From Lytechinus pictus (lineage: Eukaryota), in contig NC_087246.1 of the NCBI RefSeq assembly GCF_037042905.1, positions 6,822,001 to 6,886,000 of the forward strand: a DNA stretch of 64,000 nucleotides, given 5' to 3'. Every line of letters begins with the position of its first letter. The stretch's first letter is position 1. Below, piece by piece: positions 50,682 to 61,068 of this stretch. The notes under the pieces were generated by a model. That model saw nothing but the letters and a program-made list of their open reading frames with translations, was not told where the DNA came from and did not search any database. The position numbers and the translations under genes were made by a program.

Positions 50682-51134
50682 TTATATAAGCCCGTCCTAG
50701 ATGGGACGTATTATGGTATCACACTCGGTGTCCGTCCGTCTGTCTGTCTGTCCATACGTCAGTCCGTTAACTTTTCCTTGTAAATGCGATTACTTCAGTT
50801 TAACTTAACCTAGGCTCATGTAATTTGGTGTGTATGTTCATAGCATGGATCCCAGAAAGCCTAATGATTTTGAGGTCAAAAGGTCAAAGTTACAGTGACA
50901 TGTTTTTGTCTTACCCTTCTGAATTCCTTGTAAATGTGATAATTTAATTGTAACATAATCTAGGCTCATATAATTTTGTGTGTATGATACTAGCATGGAT
51001 CCCAGGAAATTGATTTTGAGGTAAAAAGGTCAAAGGTCAAGTCGCCACCTTCCACTTTTCTTACTTGACCAATAACTCCATTTTCCATGTTACAGGCGGG
51101 CATATTATGTGCTCGCCCAAGCAACACTCTTGTT
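50682..51134 (+). mobile_element. Helentron-associated non-autonomous element (HINE/DINE-1-like)
   Basis: Inserted in a T run. Short sub-TIR gcccgtcc / ggcgggc, (ccgt/ctgt)n microsatellite near the 5' end, two internal repeats of about 115 bp with aaggtca, 3' stem-loop gtgctcgc-ccaa-gcaacac. Confidence 0.7.
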
Positions 51135-51976
51135 AACCTTGGACATGTTCAAATTAAATTTGCAGCTATTTAACTATTTTTGTTGAAAATTGTTAGACAG
51201 TGTATGACAGAGCCGTTAAGGAAGAAGCCTTTTCTCTAAAGAATGACTTTTAAGATACCTTTCCTTTATAAGAGATAGTAAGATGGAGAGGTTAACGTGA
51301 ATAATTGTAACAAGTCTCACCCATCCTTCACATTATCTGCCTACTCAAATTCAGCAGCGCTTCATCTGCGAACCTGAGCACTAGATATTATTTTACTCCT
51401 CTTATTGGTAATGTCTCTACTTGAGGGGGGCTCCTTTATTTGTCCTCAATATCCAATTTCCCCGCAGCAAGATCTTTAAGCAGGGTGTGAGGGCCCTTCA
51501 CGGAACTCCATGTCACGGTGAGTGCGTTCTACATTGCGCCAGTGCCTATGACAGACTTATCGTGACTTGCGCCTCTCACCGCACTTTCGTCCCCTCTTTC
51601 GCATCTCACTTTCTTACTTCCTTTTTGTTTGAAACCCTCTTCTGTCTTTCACAGCCCAAGTGTTATTCACGGTGCTCTTGGAGTGTTACTGTGAAAGCCG
51701 CGGCTAGAAATGTGTTCTGTTTTCGCTTCCTGCGCACAATCCATGACCATCTCTTGCTCTTGTGGTTTGAATAAAGAGGGGAAGGATGAACAAGGGGTTG
51801 TTGTAAAAATGAATAAAGGATGACATGCTGTACTGGCTTAATGAAAGTTGCATTTTTGAAGATCAGAAAATTTTAGAAATAAATATCTGCTGTACAGGTT
51901 TTATTTTAAACAAAAGTCATGCACATATTTATCAATTACTTTTAAATCAATTTCTCCACTTTTAAACTTGCTCCAG

Positions 51977-52126
51977 GGAACCATAACACTAAGCTTTGCA
52001 ATTATGGTAGAACATTGTTTTACGATTGATTGCATCGACTGCAATGTACAATTAATCATGAAAATCAAGCTAAAGATTAATTGTGAGAATCAAGCGTATG
52101 ATCACTAACTTTTGTGTTATGGGACT
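51977..52126. mobile_element. Small degenerate foldback MITE
   Basis: ccataacac / gtgttatgg inverted ends with CAG flanking both sides. Confidence 0.5.
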
Positions 52127-52953
52127 CAGAACCTGCTATTTTCTGGTTAGTCGATATGTATTATCTTCTCTATGACAAAGTAATGATTGATATGGTTTTC
52201 CTACCACGAGTTCTATTTGATTCTTCATCATAAATGTTGGAAAATAAGCTGGGGTTGGTTTATATCAAAGAGGTTCATTCCTATATCAGGCATCTTGTAT
52301 AAACATATATCTTTTGATATAGCACCAAGTGGAGAGAGCTTCCGCAGCAAGACAAGGATGGAATTCCTGACTTGTCTTCACAGACTCATGAAAATAAGAC
52401 AAATGGATGGATTGGAATGGAATTATGGGATTCCTTCTCTTCAAATCCACCAAAGCCGCTTTGCATAATACATCCAAGCATGGATAGCAAGTTAACATGG
52501 GTATCCCTGCATGGCATTAAACAGTTATTGCTGCGCATGAAGATTCTCCAAAGCTTAGTAAGGATCTCTCTCATGATAGATTAGATTTCTTCTCTCTCTA
52601 TTGTATATTTGTTTCTTTTCTTTTTCCCATGTTTTAATTTTCTGCATTGAGATAGGGGATTTAGGGTTGGAAATCCCAAGGGATCTTGTATTCTCTTCTC
52701 TACTTCTGTCTATCAGTTCTCATCTTTATTTCTGTGTATTCTGCTGTAGTAAACCTCAACTTTTTTTTACTTTCTTTTATTCCTTTCCTCCCTCTTTATC
52801 TCCCCTTCTCTTTCCACTTCTCCCTTATTCATGTCATTCCTCTTTCCATCCTCCTTTTATCTTTAATTATCTTCATCCTTCATTTCTCATCTATCTTTTC
52901 CCATCATCTTAAAATCTTTGCATATAATGCGCCATCCATCATTACTCATCTGA

Positions 52954-53474
52954 GGGTGCGTTTATCCGCCACTTTTTTACCCTATAATCATGATTCCAAT
53001 CATGATTCAAATCACGATTCTGCAGAATCACGATTGCGTTTAGTCGAAATTGAATATAATCATGATTAGAATCACAAACATGAACTACGAAAAAAAGGGC
53101 GTTTGGAAAGACGTTTCTGCAGAATCACGTACGAAAATGTTCGGATAAACGATATCGTGATTTGAATCATGATTATATGACGTCATTGTGTCGAGCTATT
53201 TCCGGTTCTTGCCAAGGCGCGCGCCCCACGTTGTCACATCACATGTACGTCGCCGACCTCCAATTAAGTGTCCAACGTTGACCTATACTTCCTGGGTCAA
53301 ACTGCGCACTGTGATGCGCACTGGATCGGTCCGAATCCGAGGAGAAACAGCGTTGGAACGAAGGTCGTCTAAACCCTGATTCTGTAGTAATTGTGATTCA
53401 TGTTTGTGATTTGAATCATGATTCCAATCATGATTCAAATCACGATTCTGGCTTGAGGTCGGATAAACGCAGCC
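52954..53474. mobile_element. Harbinger-type MITE family G (521 bp)
   Basis: TIR gggtgcgtttatccg / cggataaacgcagcc, TSD TGA, arrays of aatca(t/c)gatt at a 12-bp period. Confidence 0.85.
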
Positions 53475-55577
53475 TGAATCTATTACCATAGGAAGTGGAG
53501 TTCTAGAGATGATTTGTTTCCCCACCAGAATCATGATCCTATAGCTGACTCAATATGATACAGTTATCACATACACATTACCAAAGCACCCCTTCTCCCA
53601 GTACTAAACTATAGTACCTCATAAAATCACATACTATACCGTGCACAATGTTTATCTCTTCAAAATACATGTTAACATATTCCCCCCCCTAAATTCTGTA
53701 GACCATAGTTAATTTAAAAATGTTCATAGATTAAAAACATTACCGCATAATTTGTTTTCACAATCAAAGTTCAATCATACTTTAAAATTTGTTGAGGGCT
53801 CTCAAATAAGCACTTCATGAGTCATGCTTCACAAAACTATATTTTTAATCTCCTGTATTTCTATATCCATTCTTTTTGTTTTTTAAGAGCATGTGTAAAA
53901 TTACAATTTCACATCATAATTTTTTATTCAAACATGTGTTTTATAAATCATACGTACTGATTGACATGAAAAGGGTGTCATAAATGAGAGAGGGAACTGT
54001 GTTTCACCATGGATTGGTGTTTTAGTGGAAGGGTGTAATGATTTGTGTTGAGCTGGGTGTAAAGGTGTATCCTGGTAGTCATTAAGCCAGCATTGTAAAG
54101 GTTTGGTGATCAAAGATGTTATAAAGTAGGTTGTGTACCTGGTTGTACGTATGCGCAGTGAATGTTGATATGATTATTGTATACAGCATGCTATGGAATG
54201 TACCTGTACCTTGTTAGAAATACAGGATTAATGATGTGTTTAGTTCTTAGTGATTTTATTGAATTCTATTAATTGTTATAATTGGCAGATTGTTTGTAAT
54301 AATGCTATACAGTTTATGCTGGACAGCCTGCGGGGTCTGTTATACAGCATATACTCACATAAGTCTTAAAAACTACTCTGTGGTAATCAATTTTTTTTTA
54401 ATTCCGCTTATTTATAGTGATGTACGTTGGTGTCATAAAAAAAAATGACTTACCATATTTGATTTGGATAAAATCAGAAAAATTAAGGAATAGTATAACA
54501 GGCTTACACACAAACCTTTTTTTTCTACTAGTCTGACCTGATCATATCAGACCAGTAGATACCCATTTTTCAATTTTTTGCTGCTCCGAACTTCAGATTT
54601 AATTGTTCCCCCAAAGCAAAGAAAAACATAATAAAAGATTTGAGTTTATTTTGCTGTCTTTTTTTGCTTATTGTTACCCCCCAGAAAAAAACAGTACACA
54701 CACATTCCATACTTCATTAGAACCATTTCATCATGCGGCTGGCAGGACGTTATGCGCTCGAGCCCTGGAAAGTAGTCTTTAGTAAACCGTCTGACAGCGA
54801 GTGCTCGTGCCCTTTTACAACGAGTGATTATGTCATTATTACGTCATTGTAGGCAATTAGAGTTCTACCACATAAAAGAGCTATCAAAACTCTATCATAC
54901 AGCACTGAAAACTAAAAAATAATTTTTTTAGCAGAAAATCTGCCAGCCTTTGAGCTAACGCCCCTCTGCCAGCCGTGGAATGATTTCTCAATTTTAGAGA
55001 GCCATTTTATAATTTAAAAAAGAGAAGAAAATTTGTATCAGTTTGAAATATTTTTTTACTGGTTATGTCAAACCAGTAAATCTGGCTACATCTGAAAAGT
55101 TACTGGCCCAGTAAATCTTACCGGTCTGGGACTGTCGGACCGACGTCAGTGTCATGTGCTGAGTATAAGTAAAAGTTTGGTAGGTGAAAAAGTAAAAAAT
55201 CAATCAGACAATAACAGTTACAGATTTGTAAAATTATGATTTTTATGAAGGCACATGGAAGCTGCTACCCCATTTTTCATTTGAAATAAATTCCGTTAAC
55301 TAGATATTCTAAAAAAAAAGAGAAAACAACTTTTTAGATTGCATTCATTTTGCAAATACTTATGAGTCATATTGAAGCATTTGGAAATGAGAATTTGTCA
55401 TATTCATATTATTCGGCATATGAATCTGTTATTCATTGATGGATTTTAATCAAACCTTTACTAATATGTTTTTCTCATTTTTTGACATTCATTTAAATCA
55501 GCTTTATGACATTATTATTTACTGCTGTATTTTAGATTTTGAAAGTTTAATGAGTAATTTTTTTGTTATCTTTGCAG

Positions 55578-55673
55578 ACGCGTTCCCCTCACCGAGCTAA
55601 TCATCGCAGAGCTAGTGGAGATGAGAATGCTTTACCCCAGAATGCAAGATCCAACTCAGATCGTTTGAGTGAT
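55578..55673 (+). CDS. Internal coding exon (96 nt, phase 0/0); TRSPHRANHRRASGDENALPQNARSNSDRLSD
   Basis: Acceptor ttttttttgttatctttgcAG, donor GAT|GTAAGT, 32 codons. The other two frames contain stops. Confidence 0.8.
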
Positions 55674-55961
55674 GTAAGTGATAATTAGATTATCTCAGGC
55701 TTGCATTTCACTGAATTTACTATAGTTTATTGACTTTTAAGTATTTGATCCTTGATATAAGTAAGAAGTCAAGTAATGATAATTTTATACAACTAACTTT
55801 GACTGCAAATGAAAATCATACCAGTTAAAGTGAGGATATACCTGTATATGGCTCAAGTCACCTAGGGAGTTTTTAAAAATATATTTTGAGTAAATAGTTG
55901 GTCTTACAAGTCAACTTTTTACACTTTCTGTTCTTTTTTTTTTTGCTTGTAAAAAACACAG

Positions 55962-55994
55962 GCTAGCTCAGCACGGTCTGGGAGTGGTTATATG
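55962..55994 (+). CDS. Coding microexon (33 nt, phase 0/0); ASSARSGSGYM
   Basis: Long T tract then acacAG acceptor, donor ATG|GTGAGT. Lies 288 nt after the previous exon and is frame compatible. Confidence 0.7.
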
Positions 55995-58900
55995 GTGAGT
56001 ATCAAGTATTTCTTGTATCTTATTTTTATTCAGAGATGTTGATGATTGGTAGAATATCATTGTTTCAGTTTGATTTAATCTTGGCCTGTGGCACTTGAAA
56101 AAGATGGAAGGACCTTGAAGATGCAGGATAAGAAATAAAAATTGCATTCGATGCTGTATTTAATGAGATCTGCGATTTTTTAGGTCATAGATTTAATAAC
56201 AACGACTGTTAGATCTGAAGTACAAGGTACACAAGTACATGCAAGTTTGTCAGAGCATCCTCCAATTTTGAAAATCTTACATTGCTTTGAGTGCTAATAT
56301 ATTTTTCAGCACAGTCCTTAATTTTTATTTTAGCATTCTAGTTTTCTGTTACTGTAATGAAGATTGGCATGTAGGGCATCATTATTGTAAAATGTCAACC
56401 ATGATTACAACCGATGAAAAACTGTTTGTTCTAAGCACACATCGAAACGGAAATGACAAACGTTGCCATAGAATTTCCTCAATTTAGGGATGAAAGAAAA
56501 GAGAGAGAAGACAGACACACTTGATAAACATTTGCCATCTCTTTCATGGCTATCGTCGAGACTGGATGTTACAGGCACGTTGGCTGCAAACATTTCAAGT
56601 AAGACGGGGCTAACCTCCATGCCCGAGTTCGTGCTGCTACTCCTGTAAATTCAGTCATCCCAAATTAACGTGGAATAATTTTTGTGGTTGTACGTGCCAG
56701 TGACTCCTTTACTAGGCATGCAGAGAGCTACACACGTGAGCACACAATCAGACGCGCTCAAATTTGATTTCTTTGTGTTCGTGCTTCGCCAAGCATGAAA
56801 TGGCCACATTAAATTGTCGGCAGCTCGTTCTGAGCGAGACCAGGCATGTTTTCCTTGCCTAATGCAAACAGCAAAAACAAAACAGATGGATTCTCCTTTC
56901 TTTCTCATCTTCTTCTATCATCCTCTTCGATAGCATTGGATGTTTGAAAAAGGAGAAGGAAAGAGGAGAGATGGACGTGCGTTTAACCCCATGAGCCGAT
57001 GTCAATTGCAGAGTTTTTATTGGATCTACAAGCTCTTAAGCACTTGTGATTGTCAGAGTCGGTTTTCCTCCCTACTAATGCCCGCATTAGACGTGCGCTT
57101 GAAGTGTTGGTTCGCGTTGTTGGCACGCCGAGAGCGGGATGCGCGATCACGTCTCACTCCATCAAGCAGGTTAATTCAACGATGGCGGGAGCCGTGGTGG
57201 TGAAAGCAAGCACCACCACCACCACCTCGACAATCCACTCCTTACCTGCTCTCTCCCATAGAATATCTTTCATTTGGCATTTCCTATTTCAAAGCCTACC
57301 AGGTACCACTCAATACTGCACACACTCTGTGACTCTGGATGTTGCACGCCCAGTAGTCGATAGAATGAAATGAAGGAGGGTTGGACGTGCTGGAGGATGA
57401 TTTGAAATGACATCACCGTAACCACTGTTGGTGTGCATAGAAACTTTATCACGTTCTCCTACAATTCAGGCTTAGAGTTCACTTGAAAGCTTTCATTTAT
57501 TGATTGCTTCAAAATCACCAAAGCCTCCGTTTATTATTATTTCTCTCTGTTACCTTTATTCCCATTATGATGTCATATTTTACTCATTGGGGCTAAATAT
57601 TACTTTCCTTACTTTTTCTTCTGAAAAAATGTTGTCTCTTAATTTCTTCCTGTTTTCTTGATATATTTTTATCTTATATTTCACCTGAATTGCTTTAAGT
57701 TCCAACAAGGTATTATAAATGAGAGATTGATTCATTCATGGGCTATATTGATTAAGATGGTTGAATGCTCTCAACTTCACAAAACATGAAAAATTCATTG
57801 GCAGGCATTACACTTTATTTGGGTATAACTACCTGTACATCATGACTATATTTATTTGCTCTTGGCAGCAGATGTCATTTGCATTCATGGAAACCTTTTC
57901 CATGTAATCTAATCAAGTTCCCAATACTTGGAAATTAATTTGCAGAGTAACAGTTTTGGCATGGTCTATTCTGGTCTGAGGGGTTTTGTGAGGAAAGCAT
58001 CTTAAGTTATTTCAAAATAGAGAATCCAATGATGCATGTACAAAATGAAAAGTCCATTTTTGTGTACTGCTTGATTATTTTTTAATCAAACAATTATCTA
58101 CACCATTCTATAATTTCCTTAGGCATTGTCTAGGGACCATACAGTTCTATTCATGAAATGCTTTACGTTTTTCTAGCTTCATGACCAATTAATTATAATC
58201 AACCTTGTTGAATGATAAAGACACTCCAAAACTCCTTTCTGGTCAAAAAGCCAGATATGACCATGATGTACTGTTTATAGTCACTTGATTCTAAAACATG
58301 AATAAAAATTCAATTTTTACCCATATTTATTTGTTATTTATCATGTTTGTAGGTTGTATGAAGAGTGCTTTCTTCATCCCTCCTCCACTTCCGCTCCCTC
58401 TCTTTTCTCCACCTTTTCCCTTTAAAAAAAATCTAGGTTAGATGTGGAAGTATTCTCCAAAGATTAAACCGATTCTCTAGAGAAATTCAGTTTATCTGGC
58501 CTTTATTTTCTTGGGAAGGGTTTGTTCATATCTTTTCTCACATAGGGCGAAATTTATCTGATTTTTTAGGCTCCAGATAACAATGATTAAAAAATGTTTT
58601 CAATCATAAGTTATTCATATTATTTTGATTACACTGGGTAGCCTTGTATTACCTAATAATGACCCCGTGTTCCTTGATTCTTAATAACAAATTATTATAG
58701 CAGATACTCAATTATTTTAGTTCATTATATACTTCTCCCACACGTAGTACTACTGGTTTACCTGTAGAAGTGTTTCACCTGTTTCCATCTGTGAATTTAC
58801 TGATATCATTGTCATGTGTTAGGTTGTGAAATAACAGGCATTTCAGTGTAATTGTGATTAATTGACAATTGTCAATTACCCATGACACCCTTTCCAATGA

Positions 58901-59071
58901 ATTTCTGGGTCACAGTAAATGATGTGTGTATAATACTCAGGTAATGCCACAAACATCTAGAGGTACAAAATTAAACAATACCTGCTTTCAGGTGTTAGGC
59001 TGTTGTCTAATGAGGCTGTTTAACAAAAGTGACATGGAATGAATAATATTAGATAAACATTGCATGATATA

Positions 59072-59591
59072 TATGGTTGGGGGTCCTAAAGCTACGCGGG
59101 TCCTAAAGCTACGCACCACTCATCGCGCATGCAATTCCAATGGCAAAATAAATGCGCACTCTAGCTCTGTGTGTGAAGCTGTGACGAACGATCCCTATTC
59201 AATTTTTCTACAGAGGCTGCAATAAATCCTTGAATGCAGAGAAAACCAGCAAATGTTTGGAATTTCGGAGTTATATTCACTTTGATTTCATATTTTCCTA
59301 TAATAATACGGACATATTTTAGAAATTGAGGCACAGGAAATACTATTTCTTTGCATGATAAATTGAGTGCGTAGCTTTAGGACCCCTTCTACATCGGGCG
59401 GCGAAATTAAGAGGTGTTCGGAAAACACGGCGGGATTTTCGTATTAGTGAGTTTTGTGATATTTTCTTCTTGGTTAAGGATATTTAGAATATTTATTACA
59501 AATTAGTGAAAAATAATTGTTCAAATATTACAATTGGCATAGTTTTTATCATTTGGAAACAAAGTGCGTAGCTTTAGGTCCCCCCATCATA
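59072..59591. mobile_element. Unclassified TIR element (520 bp)
   Basis: About 26-bp TIR tatggttgggggtcctaaagctacgc / gcgtagctttaggtccccccatcata. The cctaaagctacgc motif occurs four times (two per orientation). TSD unclear. Confidence 0.7.
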
Positions 59592-59915
59592 CAAATTACA
59601 TACAGAATACAAAAGTACTCAAATAAAAAAAAACACATTTGAAGTATGTGATAATAATCAAGGGGTCCGGCTTTTGACTCCATTTGATTTGAATAATAAT
59701 TTGTTTATTATAATGGAAACAGATTTGTAAGTTTTTCGGCAAAAGATAGTAGAATAAATATAAGTTATAAAAATAATCACAGGGTCTAGGATATGAACCT
59801 GATTGCTGCATTAGCTACCTTTTTCAAGATGTTAATTCACCTCTGCAAGCTCCATCCAGATAAAATAAGTAGGTATAAATTTGTGGGATACTAACTTGTA
59901 CATCTTATCAAATGT

Positions 59916-59920
59916 GAGAG

Positions 59921-59994
<74 letters not shown>
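59916..59994. repeat. (AG)n microsatellite
   Basis: Direct observation; a few AT interruptions. Confidence 0.95.
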
Positions 59995-60898
59995 GAAGGG
60001 GGAGGCTGGGGATGATTTCATTATTAAATACTACCCACAACATGAACAGAATAATACAAAATTATTTTTGTGATTCCAAGTTGATTGATGTAAAGCTCAC
60101 ACCCCCACCTCCCACGTGAAAAATAAAAATAAAACAAATCAGTGAAAGAAAATCGAAAAATATAAAACTCTATTATCAAGGGAGCTTTTAGTCTCCTGAA
60201 AAATAGACATGTTCTATCCACAGTATTAGTTTAAAAAATTTGGATGTTTACAGAAATCCCAGTCTTAAACTTGTAGGGTTTCTTTGTGAAAAGAACCATA
60301 ATTAGCCAATTTTGTGGCTGCGCTCGGAAACAAGAATCTTTTATGATTTCCAATTTTGTATCAGACGGGTTGTAAATCACTGTGGCCATTCAGTGTCTCT
60401 TAGCAGTGATTATTCATATGACAATCGTAGCCATTTTGATAGTTTGGTTTGATGGATGGTGGTTATCAAGTACTTTGTATGGATCTCATGAGGGGTGTCT
60501 TTATCAGAACAAACTTCTGACTGGGTTCAGCCTGGTCCCATAAATGCTTTACAGAGAATACCGTTTAATACAGACTTATGTGGACACGCAGCAAGAACAT
60601 TACACCAATCGTATACTATGTGCATATGTGCTAAATTCAAGCTTTCGTTATGAATTTTGGCTTTATTCTGGTGAAGACCCACCTATGGTATAGTAGCCAC
60701 CAGAAGCAAGGGTTTGTATGGGAATACTAGTGATCACTTAAAAAAAGAACAAGTGAAAAAAATTATTCTTTATTTGGCATTTCACATACAACCAAAAGTT
60801 CATAGCCTCCCCTTTCTCACCTCCCATAGTTGCCTTGAAAAACAAAAGAGAAAATTCAGCAAGTTGTCGATTCAATCTCAATGGATTATCTACACCTG

Positions 60899-61068
60899 GG
60901 GCCCGTTTCATAAAGCTGTTCGTATGTTAAGAGTGACTTTAAGAACAACTGGTATCCTTTCTTGCGCGCTAAACCATCGCCAATGAACATACCATTTACC
61001 ACAAGAAAGGATCACCAGTCGTTCTTAAAGTCGCTCTTAACTTACGAACAACTTTATGAAACACACAC
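60899..61068. mobile_element. Small foldback MITE (Harbinger-like)
   Basis: gtttcataaagctgttcgta...ttaagagtgactttaagaac / gttcttaaagtcgctcttaacttacgaacaactttatgaaac, CTG on both flanks. Confidence 0.75.

Noticed and set aside
52601..52912. Hydrophobic Phe/Leu/Ser-rich ORFs suggesting membrane proteins
   Set aside because: They are translations of a CT-rich low-complexity tract.
52985..53450. Regularly spaced 12-bp repeats (NHDS peptide repeat) suggestive of CRISPR or a repeat protein
   Set aside because: There are no unique spacers or cas genes. These are subterminal motifs of a TIR/TSD-bounded MITE in eukaryotic DNA.
14902..55994. Assigning a gene name to the three exons
   Set aside because: The peptides are low-complexity with no recognisable domain. 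A BLASTp of the joined sequence is needed.
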